64,000 nt of DNA from Candidatus Hydrogenedentota bacterium (GCA_963668025.2 CAXXTH010000017.1:672001-736000), one strand, 5' to 3'. Counted from the stretch's first letter, positions 36,676 to 47,165 are shown. Notes: generated by a model not told the origin, from the letters alone. Made by a program: numbers and translations.

Positions 36676-36698
36676 GTAGGGTGGGGCTTGCCCCACCG
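36676..36698. repeat. GTAG-type REP-like palindrome
   Basis: GTAGGGTGGGGCTTGCCCCACCG; related copies at 9553, 23164, 47070-47092 (inverted). Confidence 0.75.
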
Positions 36699-36848
36699 GA
36701 CTGCGGAGCGCTCACATTAAAGGGTCTTCGTATTACTATCTGGCATAATGTTGTTTTCTTGCGAAGATTCTCGATGCAAATCCAGCCACATCACGTAGTT
36801 GCATATCTCGGCTCTTTACAGGGCGTTTTGCTTGAGCCTTACTCATCA

Positions 36849-36872
36849 CATGGGCGAGACGCCCATGCTACG
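36849..36872. repeat. REP-like palindrome CATGGGCGAGACGCCCATGCTACG
   Basis: Identical core at 62757-62780; diverged inverted pair at 43046-43095. Confidence 0.75.
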
Positions 36873-37087
36873 GAAGCCAAAGCATCAAGTGATGATTTAT
36901 TGGCGTTCATTTGCGGCCATACCGCGTTAAGATATCTATGCTCTCTCATATGTATTACTCAAAATACATATAACCTGCATTGCCTTATCTTCCGCCGAAA
37001 CAAATATCGGCGGAAGATAAGGCTCACAGAGCAGATACGAATCCTATGGACGAGACGGGATTTGTCTTTTCGGATTCTCGTCCTCCT

Positions 37088-39448
37088 TTATTGAACGGTC
37101 TTTGCGCATTCCTCAAAAAGCGCTTTCGCGGCCCCTGCCTTGCCGACAAAATATACCGGTGAACTGGTGAGGCGAACACTGGGTCCCTTCACGGTACGGC
37201 CCATAATGTCGAGGCAAGCCGCTCCTTCCGGCACATTTACGGTTGCTGTTTCATCCGGATCCCACAGCACGAGGACGGACTGGCTTCCGGTCTCAAAAGC
37301 GAAAACAAGGCCCCCTTCAGTCTTATCCGCCACATGCTTCGGACTGGTCCCCATGAGTTCCGTGAACACGGCCACGGCAGGGAATACCTTGCGCACGGCG
37401 CCATCGGCAAACATGCAGCTTTCCGTGCCCGGTTTATTGACCGATCCGGTGCTTCCCGAATGCAGGAAGATGCGTTCTCCACCACGGCCAAGGAAGATCG
37501 TGCAATAGCGGACGGTATAACCCGCGACATCTTTTTCACTGAGGAACTTGTCTTCAGACCATAAGCCGGGAATGGGTATGAATGGATCGCGAGGCAGGTC
37601 GTCGGAGCCGAAATAGGAGAACTCCGTCATCCACATGGGCTTGGGGCCGCCGTACTCCTTCATGACCGCCAGCAGTTCGTCGTATGGGGCGATCCGCTCT
37701 TCGGGCTTGGCCTTGACGGGATAGTCATGAACGCCGTAGATATCGACCAAATCCAACACTCCGGCTTTTAACATCAAGGTAGTGTATTCACCCGTGGAAG
37801 CCATTCCAGGGCCGCCCATGATGCGGGCTTTGGGATTGGCGGAGCGAATAGCGGGTGCGGCCTCCTTGAGCAGTGTCAGGTAATCATCCACCGTGTGGCC
37901 TTTGATCGTCTCGCTACTCAAGGTATTTGCATCCGGTAGCGAGTAGGAAGTGTAGAGAGGTTCGTTCAAGAACTCCCACACTTGAATCTGCTTCTGATAT
38001 CGGCTGACGACGGTGGAGACAAAACCCGACAATTCCTTCACATCCCGGGGCATCCATGCCCAGCGCGCCCGAAGGAGCAGTTCGCGCTCATCGCCTTTGC
38101 CCCCGCTTTTATAGCGCGGCGATTGGGCCATGAGGGTATCGAGAGCCGGAGCGGTCGAGTTCCATTCCGCCGAGGGAAAAGGAATCATGGCCATCAGGTT
38201 CACATCCTGGTCGGCAATGCGATTCATCTGCGGGTCGCTGATTTGCCATTGATAGTTTCCCGGCTCCGGCTCGATGTGCTGCCATTTGAGCGACCAGTCG
38301 CGGTACCAGCTCACACCGGCTTTTTTCGCTATCGAGATCAAGAATGCCGTGGGATACGCGTGGTTCACTCCGATGACCGTATCACGGGTGGTGCGAGGAG
38401 GCACAATCGCCACACGCAACAGGTGCTTCTCCTCCGCTTCGCCACTTTTACACAATGCCACGACCCGGTAAAAACCTTGCCATTCCGCAGGCAAGGGCAT
38501 CTGTTTCTCGCTTACGGACCCTGCCGGAACCTCCAAAGAAACGGCGGGTAGCTCGACAGGCTCATCAAAGAAATCGGCCACTTGAAAACGAATGTCCGCC
38601 CGCGCTGGCGCAGCACTGTTGTTATAGGCCGTAATCGTGAGGCCCGCTTCACCTGTGGTGAATACCCCGGCGGGAGCAGATGGAACAACGCCTATTTCCA
38701 ACTCACTGCGAGGTGCAAAGCTGGTGGCTGTGGCGCCTTTTTCGAGCTGGATGGCGTCCACATCCACCAAGACATCTTCCTCAAACGTCAGGTCTGGCCC
38801 AGCCAATACAAAAAGAAAGGGATACTTGGGCACGAAGGAGTGCGTGTACCGTTTCCACTCCGTGGTAAGGAGCACCTTCGTGAGAATCTCCTCTTGCGCG
38901 CCATTCCAGCCTTGGCCCGCGTCTTCACTCTGCACGCCAAAAGATGCAGGTACTCCATCACGCGACGCACGCATATCGACGGAGATCACGTAGGGCTGGC
39001 CTGGCGCCACCTCGATCCATCCGAGATTCGCGGCCAGTGGCCGAAGCTCCCGGTGAACAACCGGCTGGAAATAATCGTAATTGAAAACAGGGGTATTCTC
39101 ACCTCCCAAGGGTATGCGCAAAAAGGCCCCGCCATGAGAACCACCGAATTTCTCGACTGCGCCATGCAGGGATGCAAAATTACCCCAGTTGTGAACGAGG
39201 CACGCCCAAAGATTTTGATAGCCGACACCATGCCCCAGAGATGACCAATCCGCTTGGCCCAATTCAAAGGAACCGTTGGGCACTAGGTTTTTGCCTCCTA
39301 ACGCGGGAACCGTATCGGTGAAACGCACCATTTCCGTCGTTTCGCCTCCCCATGAAGTGCCTGCACCGCAGTAAATCAAGAGCGTACACAGAAAAAACGC
39401 AGTGGCAAGACAAGGTTTTTTTTGAGCTTGGCGCATGGTTATTTCCAT
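37088..39448 (-). CDS. Secreted clan GH-A glycoside hydrolase (GH39/GH5-like) with N-terminal carbohydrate-binding-like module
   Basis: Signal peptide; NLVPNGSFE; acid/base WEFLNEP; nucleophile MWMTEF; VHDY. Confidence 0.75.
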   Translation of the reverse strand: MEITMRQAQKKPCLATAFFLCTLLIYCGAGTSWGGETTEMVRFTDTVPALGGKNLVPNGSFELGQADWSSLGHGVGYQNLWACLVHNWGNFASLHGAVEKFGGSHGGAFLRIPLGGENTPVFNYDYFQPVVHRELRPLAANLGWIEVAPGQPYVISVDMRASRDGVPASFGVQSEDAGQGWNGAQEEILTKVLLTTEWKRYTHSFVPKYPFLFVLAGPDLTFEEDVLVDVDAIQLEKGATATSFAPRSELEIGVVPSAPAGVFTTGEAGLTITAYNNSAAPARADIRFQVADFFDEPVELPAVSLEVPAGSVSEKQMPLPAEWQGFYRVVALCKSGEAEEKHLLRVAIVPPRTTRDTVIGVNHAYPTAFLISIAKKAGVSWYRDWSLKWQHIEPEPGNYQWQISDPQMNRIADQDVNLMAMIPFPSAEWNSTAPALDTLMAQSPRYKSGGKGDERELLLRARWAWMPRDVKELSGFVSTVVSRYQKQIQVWEFLNEPLYTSYSLPDANTLSSETIKGHTVDDYLTLLKEAAPAIRSANPKARIMGGPGMASTGEYTTLMLKAGVLDLVDIYGVHDYPVKAKPEERIAPYDELLAVMKEYGGPKPMWMTEFSYFGSDDLPRDPFIPIPGLWSEDKFLSEKDVAGYTVRYCTIFLGRGGERIFLHSGSTGSVNKPGTESCMFADGAVRKVFPAVAVFTELMGTSPKHVADKTEGGLVFAFETGSQSVLVLWDPDETATVNVPEGAACLDIMGRTVKGPSVRLTSSPVYFVGKAGAAKALFEECAKTVQ

Positions 39449-39712
39449 CCCCTTTTGTTCAAATCAGGTAATCCTCTCAAATATACTCCTAGAAAACGCC
39501 GATAAATACCCGGAAGTCAGGTGCTTTTTTTAACCAAAAGAGAATAGATCAGCACATTTGAGATGTCAAAAAATCGCGGTGGTTCTGAGTCACAAGAGAA
39601 AAAAGAACGCTAGTGGAAGGGCCAGTCTTCTGAAACGGCTCACGAAAGAGTCCATCATGTGGAATATTCAGTTTTGCGCAGCCGTAGCATAGGTAGAATA
39701 GAATAAAAACGC

Positions 39713-41290
39713 TCAAAGTCCTTGCGCGTCCCCCGGCGGAGGAGCCAATTGAAGCGCCATCGCGAAAATCGTCATCCCCCCTCCATCCGGTTCGAGTTCG
39801 AGCTTGCCGTTATGGGCGCGGATGATCTCGCGGGCAAGGCTGAGGCCGAGGCCCATGCCGTCCACGGCGCGATTATGGGCCTTATCGCCGCGATAGAATC
39901 GTTCGAATACCCGCTCGCGGTCCTCTGTCGGAATACCCGGGCCGGTATTGCCAATCCGGAAAAAGGCATGCTGGTTCGCCTTGCGCAGTTCAAGGGCCAC
40001 CTTGCCATCAGGATGGTTATATTTGATGGCGTTACTGGCGAGATTCTGAAGCACTTGGTTGAGCAGATCCGGGTCCGCCATGACGAAGACATCCGGCTCA
40101 AGACTCGCCTTTAGGGTCAAGCCCGGTGCAAGAATCTGGATATCATCAACCATGGACTCGATCGCTTCGCTTATATTGACCGGTTCGAGGTGCAGCCGCA
40201 ATTGCCCGGTGTCGGCCAGCGACAGCAAGAGGAGTTTGCGGCTAATGGACTTGAGCCGCTGGACTTCTCCCAGAAGCTGCGAATAGCGCTGTTGATGCGG
40301 CGAGCCGGCCTTCGCCGCTTGCAGCGCCTGTTCGAGTTCGCCTTGCAAGATGGTAAGGGGCGTCTTGAGTTCGTGCGCTGCGTCCGCGCTGAACCGCGTG
40401 GCTTGATGGAAGCTTTTTTCAAGCCGGTCCATCATTTCATTGAACACGGTAATCAGCCGCATGAATTCGGGGTCCGCGTGCTCGAGGGGGATGCGCTGGC
40501 TAAGGCCTTTGGCGGTGATGCCTTCCACGGTCATGCTGAGCGTTTGCACGGGGCGCAGTGCGCGCTGCGATAGCAGCCATCCGCCGCCCGCGATTAGAAA
40601 CAGCGCCGCGCCGAATGCAATGCCGAAAGACAAGCGCAAGTAGCGTGCTCGGGCCATGTACTCTTTCAGATTGAGGCCGAGCACAAGCGTGATGTCTGAA
40701 TTGCCCAGAACGGCTATGCGCCAAGACTGGCCATTGGCTTCGCGGGTCAGGAATCCCGGCGGCGAGGGTGGAAGCATTACCGGCGGGCCCATGCGTTCGC
40801 CTGGCGGGCCGCCAGGCCCCTGGCGCATGCGGACACCGCCCTCGTCACCCCCAAATGGCCCCTGGTCTCGAGGGCCTTCAGGCGGCCCAGCAAACATCGG
40901 CGCATCCGGCGGTTCTGGCATTTCGAACTTCGATGGGACTAATGCTTCCGGAGTGAGGCTTTCAGGCCAATTGGGAGATTGATATAACGTTTTGCCATCT
41001 CGATCTCGCACATAAAGGATGAACGCGTCATTCTCGCCTTCTCCATAAAGGAATTGAAGGGATTGCCCCATGCGTGACCAATATTCCGTCGAGCGCCGTA
41101 TTTCAATATGGCGTCCTGCTATGTGTTGGATATCTCCATCGACGCGGGTAAGCTCCATGCGTAGGATAATCGCCAGCGCCCACCCGCCAAACGCCGCCAG
41201 CACGACTCCCGAAAGCGCCATGGACAACAGCGCAATCCGGAGCTTGAAGCTCAAGCGGGGAAGATGAAAGGTTTGCATGATGTTCCGCAT
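39713..41290 (-). CDS. HAMP sensor histidine kinase (CusS-like) with Pro/Gly-rich periplasmic insert
   Basis: Two TM segments; AAHELKTPL H-box, NLASNAIKY N-box, GPGI, FERFYR, GMGLGL. Confidence 0.92.
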   Translation of the reverse strand: MRNIMQTFHLPRLSFKLRIALLSMALSGVVLAAFGGWALAIILRMELTRVDGDIQHIAGRHIEIRRSTEYWSRMGQSLQFLYGEGENDAFILYVRDRDGKTLYQSPNWPESLTPEALVPSKFEMPEPPDAPMFAGPPEGPRDQGPFGGDEGGVRMRQGPGGPPGERMGPPVMLPPSPPGFLTREANGQSWRIAVLGNSDITLVLGLNLKEYMARARYLRLSFGIAFGAALFLIAGGGWLLSQRALRPVQTLSMTVEGITAKGLSQRIPLEHADPEFMRLITVFNEMMDRLEKSFHQATRFSADAAHELKTPLTILQGELEQALQAAKAGSPHQQRYSQLLGEVQRLKSISRKLLLLSLADTGQLRLHLEPVNISEAIESMVDDIQILAPGLTLKASLEPDVFVMADPDLLNQVLQNLASNAIKYNHPDGKVALELRKANQHAFFRIGNTGPGIPTEDRERVFERFYRGDKAHNRAVDGMGLGLSLAREIIRAHNGKLELEPDGGGMTIFAMALQLAPPPGDAQGL

Positions 41291-41539
41291 TGGCGAACGC
41301 GCATCCTCTTGTGCCTGTAATCATAGTAGCTGCACGCAGGTGGAGAATTACAGCCTGGATTCTATAAATAAGTGTGATTAATGACTGGCGAGGGCGCAGA
41401 CATATGGAATATCGATTATTGCACTCCGTGAGCCGTTGCGATAAAAACAAGCGTATGCTTCAGAAAAACAGCATATAGGTTGCCCTTATCTGGCGCGGTT
41501 TGTTATCGTGCCGTGCGGCAACGCTGGAGGAGTATCCCG

Positions 41540-42460
41540 ATGCGAATCGACATAGCGGCGCAGAGCGATGTAGGACGGCGTAAAAAAAACAACGAGGATA
41601 GCTATGGCGTGGTCCGCGAAGGCGCGCCAGGCGTTCAATTGTTTCAAGAAGGCGCATTTTTATGCGTCGCCGACGGCCTTGGCGGGCATATTGGCGGGGA
41701 GATCGCGAGCAAGCTCGCGGTGACGCTCGTGCGTGAAGCCTTGAAAGAGCCTTGCCCGCCGCCTCCGCCGGATGCGGAAGAACTCGATGAGCAAGGCCCG
41801 ATTCCCGTGCTCCGGGATGCGTGCGGGCGGGCCAATGAGAATATCTACCGGACCAATCAAGATCTGATCACCAAAGGGCGGCCCATGGGCACCACGCTGC
41901 TCGCCGCAGTCGTGATGCCGAAGAAAGCCTATCTCGCCAATGCGGGCGATTCCCGGGCGTACCATATCCGCGAAAGCGGCATCATCGCCCGCACGGAAGA
42001 TCACTCGTGGGTCGATGAACAAGTGAAACAAGGCCTGATGTCGAAAGATGAGGCGGAAAAAGACGCACGAAAAAATGTCGTGACCCGCTGCATTGGCACC
42101 CATCCCCAGGTCGAGATCGATACCTACACCTGGCATATCGTGCCAGGCGACATGCTGCTGCTCTGCACCGACGGGCTGGTGAACATGGTGCGCGACACCG
42201 AGATTTCCGCCGAGTTCCGCAAAGGCGGCAGCCCCGCCGAAATCGCACACCGCCTGGTGGCGCTGGCGAATGAGAATGGCGGCAAGGACAATATCACGGT
42301 GGTGGTGGCGGATATCGAACCGAGCCCGCTGACGGTGTTCATGCGCCGCTTCAAAGCGTTTCTTCGCGGGCCGGGAGCAAAACTGTTTTGGGTGCTTGCG
42401 GCCCTCCTGTACGGAGGATTATGGTTCCTCGGGGGCCTGCTCACGGGGCGTTCATTATAA
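41540..42460 (+). CDS. PP2C-family Ser/Thr protein phosphatase with C-terminal TM helix
   Basis: NED, VADGLGGH, MGTT, GDSR, LCTDGL, GGKDNIT motifs; GGAGG RBS. Confidence 0.92.
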   Translation: MRIDIAAQSDVGRRKKNNEDSYGVVREGAPGVQLFQEGAFLCVADGLGGHIGGEIASKLAVTLVREALKEPCPPPPPDAEELDEQGPIPVLRDACGRANENIYRTNQDLITKGRPMGTTLLAAVVMPKKAYLANAGDSRAYHIRESGIIARTEDHSWVDEQVKQGLMSKDEAEKDARKNVVTRCIGTHPQVEIDTYTWHIVPGDMLLLCTDGLVNMVRDTEISAEFRKGGSPAEIAHRLVALANENGGKDNITVVVADIEPSPLTVFMRRFKAFLRGPGAKLFWVLAALLYGGLWFLGGLLTGRSL

Positions 42461-42495
42461 ATAGATAGAATAGTAAGCCGTTTTTGGAGGCATGC

Positions 42496-42999
42496 ATGAT
42501 CAATCGGGAATATTTGAATGTCATTTCATGGGAGCAGGTGCATGCGGACGTGTATACGCTGGCGGAGCGCATCACCAGTTCCGGTTATACGCCCGATGTG
42601 ATTGTGGGCATCGGGTATGGCGGCATTATTCCCGCGACGCTGCTCTATTTCGCCCTGCCCGAAGTGCGGTTCCGCATTGCCTATCCCACGGCAAGCCAGC
42701 ATGGCGTGATTGAGCCCCTCGAGGGCATCGAAGGCAAAAAAGTATTGCTTGCGGACGACCTGGCGATCTCGGGCGACAGCCTGATGGAAATCCGTGCGGA
42801 AATTCAACGTCGCGGCGCAAGCGAGATCGCGGCGGCCTGCCTGTATTGTTCAGAAGATTACCATGGCTTGGAGCATTATGTGCGGCGGCTCCTCCCTGGA
42901 GAATTGATGGTTTTTCCCTGGTATGCCCGGGCCGGCGGCGGCGGCGTCAAGGTGTTCAAATACAAGAACCGGTTTGGCAAGCACGAGCCGATGCTCTAG
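42496..42999 (+). CDS. Type I phosphoribosyltransferase family protein
   Basis: IVGIGYGGIIPA, PRPP loop VLLADDLAISGDS, C-terminal VFPW. Confidence 0.8.
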   Translation: MINREYLNVISWEQVHADVYTLAERITSSGYTPDVIVGIGYGGIIPATLLYFALPEVRFRIAYPTASQHGVIEPLEGIEGKKVLLADDLAISGDSLMEIRAEIQRRGASEIAAACLYCSEDYHGLEHYVRRLLPGELMVFPWYARAGGGGVKVFKYKNRFGKHEPML

Positions 43000-43045
43000 A
43001 ACGATTCAAGATTGAGTATAGCAAAGCGAATGAATTCACCTCTCC

Positions 43046-43095
43046 CGTGGCATGGACGTCCCGGCCATGCGCATGAGCGGGGACGCCATGCCACG
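43046..43095. repeat. REP-like inverted pair
   Basis: CGTGGCATGG...CCATGCCACG terminal inverted arms with internal palindromes. Confidence 0.7.
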
Positions 43096-43208
43096 ACATT
43101 TAAAACCGGCTTGGATTTGATAGTGCGATGGGTGCCGCATCGTTGCAAATAATGTAGATCCGATCGAGGTATAAAATTCGCTGTAATATGTAAACAGTGA
43201 GGAGAAGC

Positions 43209-43838
43209 ATGGACATGCCGGAGCGCCCCGTATATCCGCTTACGCTGTACTTCATGCGGCATGCCCATTCCGTTTCACAAGAAGATCGAAGCATCGTCAT
43301 CGGCCGGGCTGCATCGCGCCCCTTGAGCGCCGAGGGCCGCAGGCAGGCCGAATCCGCCGCGAAATCCGCGCACCTATTGGGAGCCACGCGCGTATATGCC
43401 TCCACGTGCGTCCGGGCGCTGCAAACGGCAAGCTTCATGGGCCGCGCCTTCCAGATGCCTGTCATCGTAGATGAATTGCTCATCGAACGCTCGCACGGCG
43501 AACTCGATGGCCGCAAAAAAACGGAAGCATATACGCCCGAGCTAGTGGCGGAAATCCATGCGGATCAATTGCATTGGCGACCAGCAGGCGGCGAGTCCTT
43601 GGCGGATGTGGAAGAGCGAATCAAGCGCTTCCTATCCAAAATCGCAGTATCTCCGCCAGAAGGCCCTTGCCTTATCGTCACGCACCTGATGGTGTTGTGG
43701 GCCTTATTCCATCTATGCACCCAATGCAGCCATGCCATTTTGCCTTTCTTGCATGTGGATAATGCCGGTTTGGTGGAAGTGGAAATGCACAGCCTCGATT
43801 CGCTGCGCTTGATTCGCTGGAACAGGCCGTTTATATGA
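43209..43838 (+). CDS. Histidine phosphatase (phosphoglycerate mutase) family protein
   Basis: YFMRHA, PLS.EG..QA, RA.QTA, GGES, IVTH motifs. Confidence 0.85.
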   Translation: MDMPERPVYPLTLYFMRHAHSVSQEDRSIVIGRAASRPLSAEGRRQAESAAKSAHLLGATRVYASTCVRALQTASFMGRAFQMPVIVDELLIERSHGELDGRKKTEAYTPELVAEIHADQLHWRPAGGESLADVEERIKRFLSKIAVSPPEGPCLIVTHLMVLWALFHLCTQCSHAILPFLHVDNAGLVEVEMHSLDSLRLIRWNRPFI

Positions 43839-44223
43839 TATGCATACGCTTTTTACGGCGCGCCCCGGTATAGGGGAGGAGAGGGAGGGGCCAAACGGCG
43901 CGAATAACCGAACACTCCGGGCATAGCATCCGATTATGGGAGCCTTAGGTGCGCGGTCCGGCCCCTACCCTCTGGTGGTGGCATTGCAAACAGGCTGGCC
44001 AGCCCAGTATACCGGCGCTGGCGGCGTCTTCCGGCCACGACTCTTTTCGCAGGAATACCCACAAAAACCAGCCATGCCACTCCAAGGCGGAAAAATGACT
44101 CTTCCCTGGCCTTGGGCGTCAAAACCCATTCATGGGCGCTCTATTCTTCTGCTCCTATGTGTGCTCGCTTGCCGCGGTTCTCATGTAGCCGGATTACTCA
44201 TTCAGCCTAACGGCATATCATTA

Positions 44224-44239
44224 AGCAGATCTTATGCCA
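44224..44239 (-). promoter_or_regulatory. sigma54 promoter firing leftwards into a non-coding region
   Basis: Minus strand TGGCATAAGATCTGCT, GG-N10-GC; AT-rich tract at ~44268-44292 upstream. Confidence 0.65.
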
Positions 44240-44600
44240 GCATTGGCCTCAAGCGGTTTTATTGCGTAAATACTTATAGTTAAATAACTTACAAGCATAT
44301 ATCGCCTGCGCGCCCATGCATCTCGGGCAATGCCTGCTACCAAATTGTATTATTTACAAGCATAAAAAACGGATATGTAGCCTCGCCGAAGTAACTGCTA
44401 TATCAATCGCGTCCTACCTGCAGAAGGTTTCTCTTTGGACGGTTAAATTGTTACAGAGGTGAGAAAATGACTCAATACAGGCGGCTTGCCTCAAATGAGG
44501 AGAAACTTCAGGCGGCACAGGGGCCGCATATACGCTATCATTTTGTGTAAATATATGTAAATAGGCAACATAGGAGTTGATTGCAGCAGCCAGAGAGAAT

Positions 44601-44616
44601 TGGCACGGACCATGCT
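44601..44616 (+). promoter_or_regulatory. sigma54 promoter
   Basis: TGGCACGGACCATGCT, GG-N10-GC; AT-rich tract upstream. Confidence 0.75.
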
Positions 44617-44754
44617 CTTATTCATGGCATGCGGCGTTAGGAATGTAGATGCCTACCGCCGCGGGAGCGAGAAGGCGCCGCTTGCGTAGTGTGTGTGCTA
44701 CGGGGGCGTGAAGCGCTTTGGTCCTGTCCAACAGCAAATCGAAAGGGTAGTAAG

Positions 44755-45180
44755 ATGAAGAAGACTGTATTGGCGCTAGGTCTGGCAATCGCATTGTGCA
44801 TGGTTACTATGGCTGGCGCGTATGCCCAAGCCGCAGCACCGGCTCCGGAAGCGAAAGCTCCTGCCGCAGCGGCTGCAAAAGAGATCAATGTAACGATCAC
44901 GGGCAAAATCGAAGTCAAGACGGAAACCAAGGACGGCAAAGAAGTGAAGACGGTTTCGGTCGTCGTAGCGGATGCAAAAGGCGCGGACGGCAAAGAAGTG
45001 GCTTCGCTTAAAGGCAAGACCTTGACCGTAGTCGGCGCGAAGTGCGCGGATGTCGAGAAAGTTGCCGGCAAAGACGCTTCTATCGTTGGCAAGATGAAGG
45101 AAGGCTCGACGGAACTGCAAGCGGTTAGTTGCATTGAAAAGCCGGTTGAAACTCCTGCGGCTGCTCCTGCTGCGAAGTAA
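44755..45180 (+). CDS. Small secreted Lys/Ala-rich hypothetical protein
   Basis: MKK signal peptide with AYA cleavage site; own promoter and terminator. Confidence 0.75.
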   Translation: MKKTVLALGLAIALCMVTMAGAYAQAAAPAPEAKAPAAAAAKEINVTITGKIEVKTETKDGKEVKTVSVVVADAKGADGKEVASLKGKTLTVVGAKCADVEKVAGKDASIVGKMKEGSTELQAVSCIEKPVETPAAAPAAK

Positions 45181-45218
45181 GTAGAACCCAGTTTTTGCGC
45201 CAAACGGCAGTAAATATA

Positions 45219-45262
45219 ATGCCCGTGGAAGATGGATGTCTTCCACGGGCATCTATGTTTTT
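45219..45262 (+). terminator. Intrinsic terminator
   Basis: 14-bp stem ATGCCCGTGGAAGA/TCTTCCACGGGCAT followed by CTATGTTTTT. Confidence 0.8.
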
Positions 45263-45273
45263 GGGCGACATTT

Positions 45274-45461
45274 GTAACACTTTAGCCCAGTAGCGAAGAA
45301 TGACCGGCGAGGGCGCCGGTCCCACACATGGCATAGTAGAAAAAATGTGGGACCGACGCCCACATCGATCGATATATGGAATATAATGTATCGACCTCGC
45401 TGCGGCGCAATACACAAGGCTAAAAACCAACAGATACTGCTTTACTTTGCTACAATGTTAA
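45274..45461. mobile_element. MITE-like element, copy 1
   Basis: Ends GTAACACTTTAGCCCAGT and ACTTTGCTACAATGTTA; right ~95 bp closely matches 49510-49605. Confidence 0.65.
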
Positions 45462-45651
45462 AGAATAGTTATGAATGTCAAATAGAAATGAAGGATAGCC
45501 TCTCTGCGAAATTCTGCGTTCTTAGCGCTTCTGCGTTGAACTGGTTTTCGAATGCTTGCATGCCTGAATAGGAGGCCGTACACTGGCGGCAAGATGTGCA
45601 TATTTTTGCGTTTGATGGCAATTCAATATTGAGCTAGGAGCTGCGCCGCGG

Positions 45652-46941
45652 ATGCAAGAAGAACCAATCGAGGCGGAGCTGCGTTCCCCATTTCGCCGCC
45701 GGGCGGCGGCGATGTTTCCTGCCCTGCGCCACCGGAACTACCAGCTCTTTTTCTTCGGCCAAGGCGTATCTCTCATCGGCACCTGGATGCAACTGATCGC
45801 CTTGAGCTGGCTAGTCTACCGGCTCACCGGTTCGGGATTCATGCTGGGCGTCGTGAATTTCACGGGCCGGGTGTTCACCTTTATCATCGCCCCCTTCGCC
45901 GGAACTATCGCCGACCGGGTCGAACGCCGCCGCCTGCTCATTGCCATTCAATCGCTGGCCATGCTGCAAGCCTTCATGATGGCCGCCCTGGTGCTGGGCG
46001 GCGTGATCACCGTCTGGCAGATTATTCTGCTTAGCATCATGCTGGGCATCGTCAGCGCCGTGGATGTCCCCGTCCGGCAGTCGTTCATGATGGAGATGGT
46101 GGAAAGCCGCGCCGAGCTGCCCAGCGCCATCGCCCTCAATTCTTTTTTGGTGAATGGGGCCAAGCTCGTGGGCCCAGCCATGGCGGGTGTCATCGTGGGA
46201 ATAGTGGGTGAAGGCGTCTGCTTTTTACTCAACGGCCTCAGCTTCATCACGGTGATTGCCGCCCTGCTCTACATGAAAATACCTGCTATCCCCCGCCAGA
46301 CTTCCCAAGAACGGGTGTTGGAAAACCTAAAAGAAGGCGTCGCCTACGCATTCCACCATAAACCCATCCGCGCCCTGCTCATTCTGCTGGTCATGATTAA
46401 CCTCATTGGCACGCCCAATGTGATAGTCCTCCTCCCCATCTTCGCACGGGACATTCTCGGCGGCCACGCGGATACAATGGGATTTCTGATGGCCGCCGCA
46501 GGTGCGGGGGCCGTATTGGGGGCGCTATTTTTGGCGTTGCGGAAGTCCGTGCTCGGCCTTGAACGCATGCTGGTGCTGGCCACCATCCTGCTGGGGCTGT
46601 CCATGGTCGTATTCGCATGGTCAACGAGCCTGATGCTGTCGCTGGCCATGCAGATGCTCATCGGATTCGCCACCATGTCCGTAATGGCCTCCTGCAACAC
46701 CCTGCTCCAAACCTTATCGGATGACGATAAACGGGGCCGCATCATGGGATTTTACACCGTGGCCTTCATGGGCATGGCCCCCTTCGGAAGCCTGCTCGCG
46801 GGGGTGTTCTCGTCGCGGTTAGGCGCACCCTGGGCGGTCGTGTTGGGCGGCATGGGCTGCCTGCTCGCCGCACTCGTGTTCGCCCGGCAACTGAGCGTGT
46901 TCAAACCCGCCAACACGAAAGAATCGGAGATGCCGGTGTAA
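45652..46941 (+). CDS. MFS transporter (MFS_3/DHA3-like)
   Basis: 12 hydrophobic segments; GQGVSLIGTWMQ, GTIADRVERRR motif A, RGRIMG. Confidence 0.9.
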   Translation: MQEEPIEAELRSPFRRRAAAMFPALRHRNYQLFFFGQGVSLIGTWMQLIALSWLVYRLTGSGFMLGVVNFTGRVFTFIIAPFAGTIADRVERRRLLIAIQSLAMLQAFMMAALVLGGVITVWQIILLSIMLGIVSAVDVPVRQSFMMEMVESRAELPSAIALNSFLVNGAKLVGPAMAGVIVGIVGEGVCFLLNGLSFITVIAALLYMKIPAIPRQTSQERVLENLKEGVAYAFHHKPIRALLILLVMINLIGTPNVIVLLPIFARDILGGHADTMGFLMAAAGAGAVLGALFLALRKSVLGLERMLVLATILLGLSMVVFAWSTSLMLSLAMQMLIGFATMSVMASCNTLLQTLSDDDKRGRIMGFYTVAFMGMAPFGSLLAGVFSSRLGAPWAVVLGGMGCLLAALVFARQLSVFKPANTKESEMPV

Positions 46942-47048
46942 GGCGCATCCATGCAATTATCCGTCAAATGCCGTTTTTCTGGCGAAGCTTTTGCATAGAA
47001 CTCATATCATATCAAATAGTTACGGTATTCGCCCTTTCGTGTGCCGTT

Positions 47049-47092
47049 GTAGGGGCGAACCGCCCTGATCGGTGGGGCAAGCCCCACCCTAC
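47049..47092. repeat. Inverted REP-like pair
   Basis: GTAGGGGCG...CGGTGGGGCAAGCCCCACCCTAC. Confidence 0.7.
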
Positions 47093-47132
47093 TGTTCGTC
47101 TCGATCCATCTTAACCTGAACGGCTTTAAATG

Positions 47133-47165
47133 AAGAACCCGCCCAAGCGCATTGGGCGGGTTCTT
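47133..47165. terminator. Bidirectional terminator hairpin after glnA
   Basis: 14-bp stem AAGAACCCGCCCAA/TTGGGCGGGTTCTT between convergent genes. Confidence 0.85.

Noticed and set aside
36648-37094. 148-aa plus-strand ORF after the IS
   Set aside because: Runs through REP-like repeats with no recognisable motif; likely spurious.
43850-44212. tmRNA, RNase P RNA or SRP RNA as identity of the long non-coding stretch
   Set aside because: No tRNA-like ends, no GAGGAAAGTCC and no SRP domain IV motif seen on either strand.
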